Of a stretch of 64,000 bases of DNA, positions 1 to 7,890 are shown piece by piece. Every line of letters begins with the position of its first letter. Within the stretch, counting starts at the first letter, position 1. The stretch is taken from NCBI GenBank assembly GCA_964549615.1, contig CAZJVP010000088.1, positions 25,868 to 89,867 on the forward strand, written 5' to 3'. The notes under the pieces are model-generated. The model saw nothing but the letters and a program-made list of their open reading frames with translations, searched no databases and was not told the DNA's origin. The DNA is from an uncultured Thermococci archaeon (GTDB lineage: Archaea; CAYQAE01; CAYVLA01). A program made the translations under genes and the position numbers.

Positions 1-108
1 GTTTCGGGATTCAAGGATTCAAGGGAAACCCTTATTTTCCCCTCCGAGACAGGTCAACATCGTCGCGGACGGGAAGCCGATTCCGCAACATCGAGTTGAG
101 GGAATGTC

Positions 109-213
109 ATGGTGAAGCGTAGAAAGGGAAGCGGAAGCAGAAGCGGAAGCGGAAAAGATAAGAGAAAGCTGAACCCGAGGAGCAGACGGCGTCCCGCCAG
201 ATGGAAGGGATAG
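109..213 (+). CDS. Putative small highly basic peptide (34 aa, MVKRRKGSGSRSGSGKDKRKLNPRSRRRPARWKG)
   Basis: ATG 109 to TAG 213, below the ORF-track cutoff; purine-rich GAGGGA just upstream; TATA-like CCTTATTTT near 30-38. Confidence 0.4.
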   Translation: MVKRRKGSGSRSGSGKDKRKLNPRSRRRPARWKG

Positions 214-255
214 CCGGGGAGATCGGCTCGCCGGGCTCGCCCGGGTCCCCACTTT

Positions 256-657
256 CTACCACTTCTCTACCCTAAGCCCGGGTATTCTCTCGAAGTGCCG
301 TGGGTTTCCCGTCAGAAGGGGAAGGTTATTCCGGATGGCGGTGGCTGCCAGATAGACGTCCTGTATGCCGATCTCTTCACCCGACCTTCTCAGCCTTGCA
401 GCCATCTGGGCTGCCAACTTCGCGGCCTCCTGATCAAGGGGCAAGACGACGAATGCACTTAGGAAGTCCTCCACATCGCACACCACCTCAGCCAGGCCCT
501 CATCTTCGTACTTGAGGTGGATCCCGAAGAGGAATTCAAAAAGCGTCACAGCGCTGAGCGCGTGGGGTCCCGACCTATCCAAAACGGAGGCCTTCTTAGC
601 AACTTCGGGACCTCCTTTGTCGAGATCTATCAGAACGGAGGTGTCAAGCAGCTTCAT
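256..657 (-). CDS. vapC: VapC-type PIN-domain ribonuclease toxin
   Basis: MKLLDTSVLID start, TLFE, QDVYLAATA and LLTGNPRHFERIPGL PIN motifs; overlaps the upstream antitoxin. Confidence 0.92.
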   Translation of the reverse strand: MKLLDTSVLIDLDKGGPEVAKKASVLDRSGPHALSAVTLFEFLFGIHLKYEDEGLAEVVCDVEDFLSAFVVLPLDQEAAKLAAQMAARLRRSGEEIGIQDVYLAATAIRNNLPLLTGNPRHFERIPGLRVEKW

Positions 658-874
658 CTTGCATCTTCTCGGCCGATCGTCTCTGCATCTCTGCCAAGTG
701 TTGCCTGATTGTTCTCCAGTCCTCCCGTGTGAGGAGTCCTTTACCCATGACGTCCGATATGGCAGGCCTTGCCTGCATGAGTCTTCTTATTAGATCGGTG
801 AAGGACTCGTTCTGCCTCTTTCTTCTCTTGAGGGCCACGTACACGTCGTCTGCAATGGACACGTTCCTTGCCAC
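644..874 (-). CDS. vapB: Archaeal VapB-like antitoxin (DUF217-like)
   Basis: RNVSIADDVYVALKRRKRQNESFTDLIRRL motif, 76 aa, coupled to vapC. Confidence 0.88.
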   Translation of the reverse strand: MARNVSIADDVYVALKRRKRQNESFTDLIRRLMQARPAISDVMGKGLLTREDWRTIRQHLAEMQRRSAEKMQDEAA

Positions 875-903
875 ATATACATATGTGCACCCATAGAATA
901 AAA
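872..903 (-). promoter_or_regulatory. vapBC promoter with inverted-repeat operator
   Basis: Inverted repeat CACATAT-ac-ATATGTG (872-887) over the start codon; TTTTATT TATA-like box ~25 nt upstream of the start. Confidence 0.55.
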
Positions 904-1054
904 TGCTTTCCTAGCATCACCGCCGTAGATCGGCTACGCTCGTGCGGCCCGAGGAGCCCAAGCCCAAGCCCCATATCATCAAACCAAGGCCCCTCGTGCC
1001 ATGTTGAGATCCGTTCCACCTAGCAGTCCCCTTCGTGGCTCGCGGGCATGGAAG

Positions 1055-1195
1055 CGCTGGGGAGGGGATTTGAACCCCTGATGCCTTGCGGCAACTGACT
1101 AGCCGCTCCAATCCGGATTAGCAGGCCTGCGCTCCAGATCCATCAGCGCCCTAACCAGATTGCCCGTGGATTGCTCCACCCTAGGCGACCCCAGC
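1055..1195 (-). tRNA. tRNA-Ser(GCT) with three introns (15/16, 29/30, 37/38)
   Basis: Acceptor GCTGGGG/CCCCAGC with discriminator G, T-arm AGGGG-TTCAAAT-CCCCT, long variable arm TGCC-GCAA-GGCA, anticodon GCT (plus 1120-1122). Removing 1160-1180, 1127-1143 and 1101-1118 gives an 85-nt class II tRNA. Confidence 0.93.
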
Positions 1196-1220
1196 TTGTC
1201 TCGCACCTCGCCCGGGGTCG

Positions 1221-1234
1221 AAATAAATCTTTCC
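1221..1234 (-). promoter_or_regulatory. BRE/TATA promoter of tRNA-Ser
   Basis: GGAAAGATTTATTT on the minus strand ~26-39 nt upstream of the tRNA 5' end. Confidence 0.6.
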
Positions 1235-1266
1235 GAGTTGAAGCGTGGGTCGGTCGGATCGGTTCA

Positions 1267-1699
1267 TCACATCTCCGAGGGAAACAACAGCGTGTCCTCG
1301 AACCCTTTGGATCGAATGAAAGATCGCAGCTTGGCGTCGACGCTCAGCAGCTTCAACCCCCAAGCTCCTCGAGCTGGCGTAGAGCAAGTTGTCGATCATA
1401 TCCTTGTGGCCGGCCGAGTATACCTGAAGAGCATGCAGGTAGGCCTCAGACTGCTCCTCGGCAATGAGGTACACGCCCCCCTTCAGGATACTGTTCAGCC
1501 CCTGCCCAAACAATCCCAGGTCAAGCCGACCATCGGCCGCGAATCTTGCCCCGGTCCAAAGTGCTTCCAGAATCGAGAAGCGAGAGCACCAGATCTCCGC
1601 TGGGTTGGCTTTCAGCTTCTCCAGTCCTCGTCTGACTTCATCGCCGGCGTCTATCCCCATCGAGGGCAAGATGAACGGGGTATCAAGGAGGACTCTCAG
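1267..1699 (-). pseudogene. vapC: PIN-domain (VapC-like) toxin, frameshifted at a G5 run
   Basis: LRVLLDT...SILE...DMIDNLLYA PIN motifs; the natural C-terminus LKLLSVDAKLRSFIRSKGFEDTLLFPSEM* lies in another frame after TTGGGGGTTG (plus 1357-1361); probable CTG start overlapping the antitoxin stop. Confidence 0.8.
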
Positions 1700-1934
1700 T
1701 GTGTCTTGTTTGCTCTTCAAGGCTGATTGCCTCGACTTCATCGGGGTTGATCTTGGCAAACTTCCTTCCCTCCAGAGCCAGTTTCAACGGATCCCTGATG
1801 ATCTCCATTTTGATGGTGTCGCCATCGACCGTGAGTTGCACCTTCTCGCCTTCCTCAAGTCCGAGCGCTCTGACTATGTTTCTCGGCAGATAGAGGGCGC
1901 TCTTCCTCCCGATTCTCACAGTTTCAGTTACCAT
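1683..1934 (-). CDS. AbrB/MazE/SpoVT-family antitoxin
   Basis: VRIGRKSALYLPRNIVRALGLEEGEKV motif; GGTGA RBS before ATG 1934. Confidence 0.9.
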   Translation of the reverse strand: MVTETVRIGRKSALYLPRNIVRALGLEEGEKVQLTVDGDTIKMEIIRDPLKLALEGRKFAKINPDEVEAISLEEQTRHTESPP

Positions 1935-2076
1935 GCAACTCACCTGACAGAAGCGGTTAGTTCATTCTCATTAGTTTTTCCTGACAGAAAGCGTCATACC
2001 AGAATTTCCACCGTTATTCAGGAGAACGGCTAACCCTGAAGACACCGACCGTCAAGGGCCTTCGAGAAACCCAGGA

Positions 2077-3858
2077 TCAGTAGAACTCGAGCTCGACAAG
2101 CTCGCCCTGCTCGTCGTATACTCCTCTGAAGAGCGCAACCCTGCCGAACAGCTGCTCGCTGTACCGGCCCATCTCGCCCCGGATGATCTTCTGTAGCACG
2201 AGGACCGCCGTCTGCGTGCCCTCGCGCCCGAAGCCACCGACCGCAAGACGGCTGTAGCCGGCATCCACCGTGCTCTCCTCGCAGATGAGGGAAAGAAAGC
2301 CCCACTCCGACAGCGGCCCCGCCAACCTCGGGATCAGGGTGAGCAACTCCTCTTGGGTTGCGTTCCTGAAGAACCCGGGAGCCAGGACCCTGGGGGCGGT
2401 GCGGTTGTCCAGAATCCGGAGCAGGCCCTTCTGCGCAACGTAGCCGCACAGGTAGTTCGAATCTGGGTCCCCGATCCCGATCAAGTTCCTTTGGTTGTAG
2501 GTGTACTGAACCGAGTAATAGGACCCAACCTTCGACGCGACGGTGGTGTGGTTGGTCAGGTTGACCTGCACGCCCATCTCCCAGAAGGCGTTCCGCGTCG
2601 CGTTTGACCAGTTGCCCATCTCTTCGGCGGTGTAGTTCGCCCACCCACCCTCCGATCCCACGGATATGAGGGTCCCATTGCCGAAGATCGCCGGCACGTT
2701 GTACAGGCTATATTGCCTGAGCGTCAGAGTTCGAAGCGTGCTGTACTTTTTCTCCTTTGGGGTGAAGTACTCGTACTGCAGGGCGACGTTCCTGCTGCCG
2801 TTCGCGGAGAACCTGATCTCCAGCTCCTCATCGATCACTTCGCCCGCCCCGATGGTTGCGTGCGTTATGTTCCCGCCCACGATCTCCGCCTTGCCGCTCT
2901 GAAGCCGGAGCGTGAAATTGGTGGCGGGCGCCGTACCCTGGTTCCAGATCCTGATCGGCACTATGGCCGAGTAGTTGCCGTCCTCCCTGAGGGTCGCCGC
3001 GGGCTCCAGCAGAAGCTCGACGACCTTCACCTCCGGCTCCTCAACCCGCCGCGACACCCACCTTAGCATGTTCAGCAGGAGCTTGTTGTTGTCGAATCCG
3101 TCCAAGAACCGGCTGCTCCACAGGTTGTTGTCGCCGATGCACGCAACCTTCCCCTTGCCGTAGGTTGACACCGCCGCAACGACCTTTGCGCCAACCTCCT
3201 CATCCGGATCGAGCGCCTGGTCGCCGTCGACATCGGACCAGGCATCCTCCGAGGTCCACGCGATGGGGGTCGCGTTGCCGGAAATCTTCAGCGAGCATCC
3301 GGAGTGGTAGCTTATGCTCTTTATCCCCTCGGTCACGTTGTGCTCGGCAAACCTGGTTATCATGGGCCAGTGTGGGTAGCGCGGATCCGCCAAGAAGGGT
3401 GAGGCAGGATCGCACACAAGGTCGGCCTGGAACTCGATCCCGAACTTGGATGTGAGCTTGTTCACCGCGGTCCGCGCCCAGGGCTCAAACCTGCGGCTGC
3501 CGGACTGTCCCGCCACTATCAGGCCGTTGCCGGCCGCCACGTAGTCGGCGAACATATCAACGTCGTACTCAAAATCATCTGAGTCCCTAGGCGTTATGAG
3601 CAGGACGGTGACGAAGTCCGTTAGGTTGTCGGGGTGTACGGCACTGACCCCGGTATAAGGGCTTAATAGGTGGGCCGTGAAACCTATCGACCTGAAGGAG
3701 ACGGCCGCGTGCCAGTAGTCGAAAAGGCTCAGCTGCTCTTCCAGGTGCGTCTCAACGAACACGGCCGTCGGACGTTCGACGGAGACCGTTGGCATGGATG
3801 ATGCAGTAAGCAGCCCGACCAAGCAGATGGAGACGAGCCATCTGCGAGCTGCGGCCAG
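2077..3858 (-). CDS. Secreted/surface protein with GIFT/DUF4350-like, CARDB-like and S-layer-like C-terminal domains
   Basis: Hydrophobic N-terminal signal; YVAAGNGLIV, HNVTEGIKSI, YGKGKVACIGD, DNNKLLLNMLRWV; IWNQGTAPATNFTL; many NxS/T sequons; start uncertain (CTG after the ileS stop). Confidence 0.7.
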   Translation of the reverse strand: MAAARRWLVSICLVGLLTASSMPTVSVERPTAVFVETHLEEQLSLFDYWHAAVSFRSIGFTAHLLSPYTGVSAVHPDNLTDFVTVLLITPRDSDDFEYDVDMFADYVAAGNGLIVAGQSGSRRFEPWARTAVNKLTSKFGIEFQADLVCDPASPFLADPRYPHWPMITRFAEHNVTEGIKSISYHSGCSLKISGNATPIAWTSEDAWSDVDGDQALDPDEEVGAKVVAAVSTYGKGKVACIGDNNLWSSRFLDGFDNNKLLLNMLRWVSRRVEEPEVKVVELLLEPAATLREDGNYSAIVPIRIWNQGTAPATNFTLRLQSGKAEIVGGNITHATIGAGEVIDEELEIRFSANGSRNVALQYEYFTPKEKKYSTLRTLTLRQYSLYNVPAIFGNGTLISVGSEGGWANYTAEEMGNWSNATRNAFWEMGVQVNLTNHTTVASKVGSYYSVQYTYNQRNLIGIGDPDSNYLCGYVAQKGLLRILDNRTAPRVLAPGFFRNATQEELLTLIPRLAGPLSEWGFLSLICEESTVDAGYSRLAVGGFGREGTQTAVLVLQKIIRGEMGRYSEQLFGRVALFRGVYDEQGELVELEFY

Positions 3859-3877
3859 CGCTCGTGCAAATGACGCC

Positions 3878-6800
3878 CTACTCCGCCTGCTTGATCGATA
3901 TGACGTAGCTGTCCTCCTCCAGATTCCACGTCTTCTTCCTTGCCCTGCCCCCGAGGGGCTCATCCAGCCTTACCCTCCTAGCTCGGGTCTCCGCCGCTAT
4001 GTAGTCCAGCTTGTCCCTGACCTTCCCAAGCTTGTCGGCTGGCCCCCCGATGGAGACCTCGATGTAGTCGTTAACCTTGAGGTCCATCTCCTTCCTCATC
4101 TCCTGGATGCGCCTCACCAGCTCCTTGGCGAGGCCTTCGGCCACAAGCTCGTCGCTCATGGTGGCATCGACCACCACGACCCCCAGCGGGCACTCCGCCT
4201 CCGCGTGGTTGGGCGGGAGCTTCCTGACGAAGGAGACGTCCTCCCGATCTATCCTGAACTTCCTTCCATCAACGGCCAGCTCGTAGACCCCTTCCGCGTC
4301 AAGCCGAGCTTTGACATCGCCGGCCTTCGCCTCCGCCAGGCTCTTGGCGACGAGGTCAGCATCCGATCTGAACTTCCTTCCGAGGTTCGCCATCCGGGGC
4401 CTCACGGCCATGCCGAGCGCCTCCTCTGAAACCAGCTCGACGGACTTTGCGTTCACCTGTTCCGCGAAGATCCCGCCCAACGACCTGACGGCTTGGCAAA
4501 CCTCCGGGTTCACGGACGACACGAGCACCCTAGCGACCGGATGCCTCAGCCTGACTCCCGCCTTCTGCCTTGCGGCGAGCGCACATTCAACCAGACCATG
4601 GATGGCCTCCATCCCACGCTCCAAGCCGGAGTCGATCAGACCTTCCTCAGCCTCGGGCCAATCCTCCAAGTGCACGCTCTCAAGCGGCGAGCCGTCCCTC
4701 ATCATCCTCTGATAGATGATCTCGGTCAGATGGGGCACGATCGGCGCCATCAGGCGGAGAAGCCGGCCGATGGCGTAGTGAAGGGTGTAGTAACATGCCA
4801 GCTTGTCCGGGTCCTCGGCCTCTACCCATGTCCTCTCCCTCGCCAGCCTGACGTACCACCTGCTCAGCTCTTCCAGGATGAAGCGCTGCAGCCCCCTGGT
4901 GACGTGAAGGAAGTTCATCTCCTCCATGCCCTTGGTGACTTCCCGGACGAGGCTGTTGACCCTCGAGAGCAGCCACCTGTCCTCGGCCCGAAGGCTTGCC
5001 CTCACGTCCTCGATTGAGACCTTGCCGACGAAGCCGTCAAGCTCCATGTAGGTGGACGCAAAGACGCAGACGTTCCAGAACACGTTCAGCATCCTCTGCA
5101 CGGTCGTGAGTTCTGCGAAGCTGAACCTTAAGTCCTCCCATGGCAGCGTGGCCCAGAGCAGGTAGTAACGGAACACGTCCGCGCCGTACTTCGCCACGAC
5201 CTCGTCCGGCTCCACGACGTTGCCCAGCGACTTCGACATCTTCCTGCCCTCGGGATCGAGGGCAAACCCGTGCATGAGCACCTTCTTGTAGCAGGACTTA
5301 CCGAAGGTGATGACGCTCGCAGCCTGCAAGGAGTAGAACCACTTCCCGACCTGGTCGGAGCCCTCTATGATCAGGTCGGCCGGCCAGATCGAAAGGGCCT
5401 TCGGGTCGGACGGATAGCCGAGCGAGCTCCAGGACGCTATGCCCGAGTCGAACCAGACATCCACTATGTCCGGAACCCGGCTCATCGTCCCGCCGCATTT
5501 GCACTTCAGCTTGATCTCGTCGACGTTCGGCCTGTGGGGATCGAAATCGTCGGGATCGATCTTGGTCGTGGCCAGACTTGCCAGCTCGTCGAAGGATCCG
5601 ACGACGGTCATGTTCCGGCAGCTCGGACAGGTCCAGATCGGCATCGGTATGCCCCAGTACCTGTTTCGGGAGAGACACCAATCCCCCACGTACTGGACGC
5701 CGTTCTCGTACCTCTCGGAGATCCAGGCCGGGACCCAGGTGACCTTTGCGTTCTCCTCGATGACCTTGGACTTGATCTTGCTGATCTCAAGGAACCACTG
5801 CTCCCTGGCCATGAAGATGAGCGGGGTCTGGCATCTCCAGCAGTGCGGATAGCTGTGGAGAATCGTCTCGTAGTGGACGTAGTAGCCGTTGCGCTTCAGA
5901 TCCTCGACCACGACGGGATCTGCATCCTTGACGTACATGCCCCTGTATTTCCCACCGTCCTCAGTGAACCTCCCGCTTGCGTCAAGAGGGGAGAAGATGG
6001 GGGCCCCCACCGCCCTCCCGACCTCGAAGTCCTCCTCGCCGTGCCCAGGGGCCGTGTGGACGCAGCCCGTGCCTTCCTCCAGCGTGACGTACTGTGCGGC
6101 AACGACCCGGTGGAACTCGTTCGCCCACTCCCTCTGCTTCGGCACCTGCTCGATGAGCGGATGGATGTACCTGAGGCCCTCGAGCTCTGAGCCGGCCACG
6201 GTCTCGATGATACTGTAGTCCTTGATCCCGACCTTCCGCATGACGGTTTCGACCAGCGCCTCCGCCAAGATCCAGATCTCTCCTCCCACCCTGACGCGCG
6301 CGTAGGTGAACTCCGGCTTGACCATGACCAGCATGTTTGAGGGCAGCGTCCACGGCGTCGTGGTCCAGACAAGAATGTACTCGTCCTTGCGATCCTTAAG
6401 CTTGAACTTCAGGTATATGGATGGGTCTTCCCTTACCTCGTACTCACCGCGAACCTCGTGCTCCGCCAGCGCTGTCTCGCACCGGGGACACCAGTGAACG
6501 ACCCTGAGGTCTTTGACCAAGAGGCCGGCCTCGTGGGCCTTCTTGAGGGAGTGCCACCCGGCCTCCATGTATCGGGGCATGAAGGTTATGTAGGGGTCGT
6601 CCCAGTCCATCCACACCCCGAGGCGCTTGAACTGCCTCGTCATGGTCTCCAGGTGGCGCTTGGCGTAACTGCGGCAGGCCTCTACGAAGTTGCGCACGCC
6701 AATTACGTTCTCGATGTCCTTCTTCGATTTCAGCTTGAGCTCCTTCTCAACCCGGACCTCTATGGGCAGGCCGTGCGAGTCCCACCCAGGCTGCCTGCGG

Positions 6801-7039
6801 ACGTTCTTGCCCCGCATCGAGAGGTAGCGCAGGACGGTGTCCTTCACGATCTTGTTCCAGGCGGTTCCGATGTGAATGGTCCCGCTGCAGTACGGCGGGC
6901 CGTCCAAGAAGTAGTAGACGGGCCGCTGGCGGTTCTTCTCCTTCGACTTTCCATAGATGTCGTGCTCGGCCCACCACGACTGTATCTTTTCCTCAAAGGC
7001 CGGTAGGTCGAGCTTTTTCGGCAATGCTTTCACGGACAT
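3878..7039 (-). CDS. ileS: Isoleucine--tRNA ligase
   Basis: DGPPYCSGTIHIGTA (HIGH), WTTTPWTLP editing domain, KMSKS. Confidence 0.97.
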   Translation of the reverse strand: MSVKALPKKLDLPAFEEKIQSWWAEHDIYGKSKEKNRQRPVYYFLDGPPYCSGTIHIGTAWNKIVKDTVLRYLSMRGKNVRRQPGWDSHGLPIEVRVEKELKLKSKKDIENVIGVRNFVEACRSYAKRHLETMTRQFKRLGVWMDWDDPYITFMPRYMEAGWHSLKKAHEAGLLVKDLRVVHWCPRCETALAEHEVRGEYEVREDPSIYLKFKLKDRKDEYILVWTTTPWTLPSNMLVMVKPEFTYARVRVGGEIWILAEALVETVMRKVGIKDYSIIETVAGSELEGLRYIHPLIEQVPKQREWANEFHRVVAAQYVTLEEGTGCVHTAPGHGEEDFEVGRAVGAPIFSPLDASGRFTEDGGKYRGMYVKDADPVVVEDLKRNGYYVHYETILHSYPHCWRCQTPLIFMAREQWFLEISKIKSKVIEENAKVTWVPAWISERYENGVQYVGDWCLSRNRYWGIPMPIWTCPSCRNMTVVGSFDELASLATTKIDPDDFDPHRPNVDEIKLKCKCGGTMSRVPDIVDVWFDSGIASWSSLGYPSDPKALSIWPADLIIEGSDQVGKWFYSLQAASVITFGKSCYKKVLMHGFALDPEGRKMSKSLGNVVEPDEVVAKYGADVFRYYLLWATLPWEDLRFSFAELTTVQRMLNVFWNVCVFASTYMELDGFVGKVSIEDVRASLRAEDRWLLSRVNSLVREVTKGMEEMNFLHVTRGLQRFILEELSRWYVRLARERTWVEAEDPDKLACYYTLHYAIGRLLRLMAPIVPHLTEIIYQRMMRDGSPLESVHLEDWPEAEEGLIDSGLERGMEAIHGLVECALAARQKAGVRLRHPVARVLVSSVNPEVCQAVRSLGGIFAEQVNAKSVELVSEEALGMAVRPRMANLGRKFRSDADLVAKSLAEAKAGDVKARLDAEGVYELAVDGRKFRIDREDVSFVRKLPPNHAEAECPLGVVVVDATMSDELVAEGLAKELVRRIQEMRKEMDLKVNDYIEVSIGGPADKLGKVRDKLDYIAAETRARRVRLDEPLGGRARKKTWNLEEDSYVISIKQAE

Positions 7040-7217
7040 ACCAACGCCCGGCCGGAACAGCCATCCTCGGCGGAAGCGTTAGTTAAGTGTTTCTCGCTGG
7101 CCGAAATGAGCCGCACCACCGGACGGCGAAGCGGAGGAAAGGATACAGGCCGCGCGTTCACCGGCGCGCGCGAAAGCCTATTTAACTTTCCCCGATCAGC
7201 GGACATTGGAGATCGGC

Positions 7218-7748
7218 ATGAAGGTCCTCTTGTCCGGGCTTCTCGGAGCTGGGTGTACCGAGGTCGCCCAAATTCTCGCAAAGCAGAAGAACGCCAAGGT
7301 TGTTAACAGCGTCGAGGCGATAAAGGACATCATAGGCGAGAGGGGGCAGTCCTTCCAGCTCTTCGAGAGGGAGAGCCGCTCCGGCGAGTTCGACCTTGAC
7401 GCGCTCCTACGCAACAAGGCTCTGGAGTACTTAGAAGAGTTCGACAACCTGATCATCGAGGGGCGGCTCGCCCTGCTGGTCTTGGACCGAACCTTTGATC
7501 TGAAGGCTTTCCTGACCGCGACCCTGGAGGACAGGATAGCCCACGTCGCATCGCGCCGGAACATCGCCAAGGAGCAGGCTGCCAAGATCGTCCATCACAG
7601 CGACAGGGAGCGCGAGCGAGTGGTCGAGAAGCTCTACGACCAGCCGCTTGATCTCTGCCGCTTCGATGTTGTGCTCAACACTTCCACCTACGGATTCGAT
7701 CGCGCCGCCCGCACCCTGGCAGAGTTCCTTGAGATAGCCAAGCACTGA
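7218..7748 (+). CDS. cmk: Cytidylate kinase family protein (archaeal Cmk-like)
   Basis: P-loop-like SGLLGAGCT, IIEGRLA, LTATLEDRI, FDVVLNTS. Confidence 0.75.
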   Translation: MKVLLSGLLGAGCTEVAQILAKQKNAKVVNSVEAIKDIIGERGQSFQLFERESRSGEFDLDALLRNKALEYLEEFDNLIIEGRLALLVLDRTFDLKAFLTATLEDRIAHVASRRNIAKEQAAKIVHHSDRERERVVEKLYDQPLDLCRFDVVLNTSTYGFDRAARTLAEFLEIAKH

Positions 7749-7890
7749 GTCCGGGCGACATCCATATTCTGCAAAACTGCTTCACCAAGCTCCGAGGCCT
7801 CGGCTCTAGGGTCCCTTGCGGCGGCGCAAGCTCTGCGCCGGCAACATTTAAGATGATCGCGAGGCGCCGCATGAGAGCCCTGGTGTTTCA

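Noticed and set aside
1-29. GTTTC...GAAAC 29-mer resembling a CRISPR repeat, containing GGATTCAA twice
   Set aside because: Single copy at the window edge, with no second repeat, spacers or cas genes; GAAAC-CCTTATTT is better read as BRE/TATA
741-1111. ORFs 741-1019 and 917-1111 and the CCCAAG microrepeat near 957-971
   Set aside because: They overlap vapB or the tRNA, have no protein-like features, and the repeat is too short
1181-1759. 192-aa ORF as given in the track
   Set aside because: Its C-terminus is an out-of-frame extension running into the tRNA; reinterpreted as frameshifted vapC 1267-1699
5270-6190. Long antisense/shadow ORFs (also 10799-11803, 28534-29496, 40040-40924, 42282-43145)
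   Set aside because: Opposite or alternate frames of clear genes; expected in GC-rich DNA
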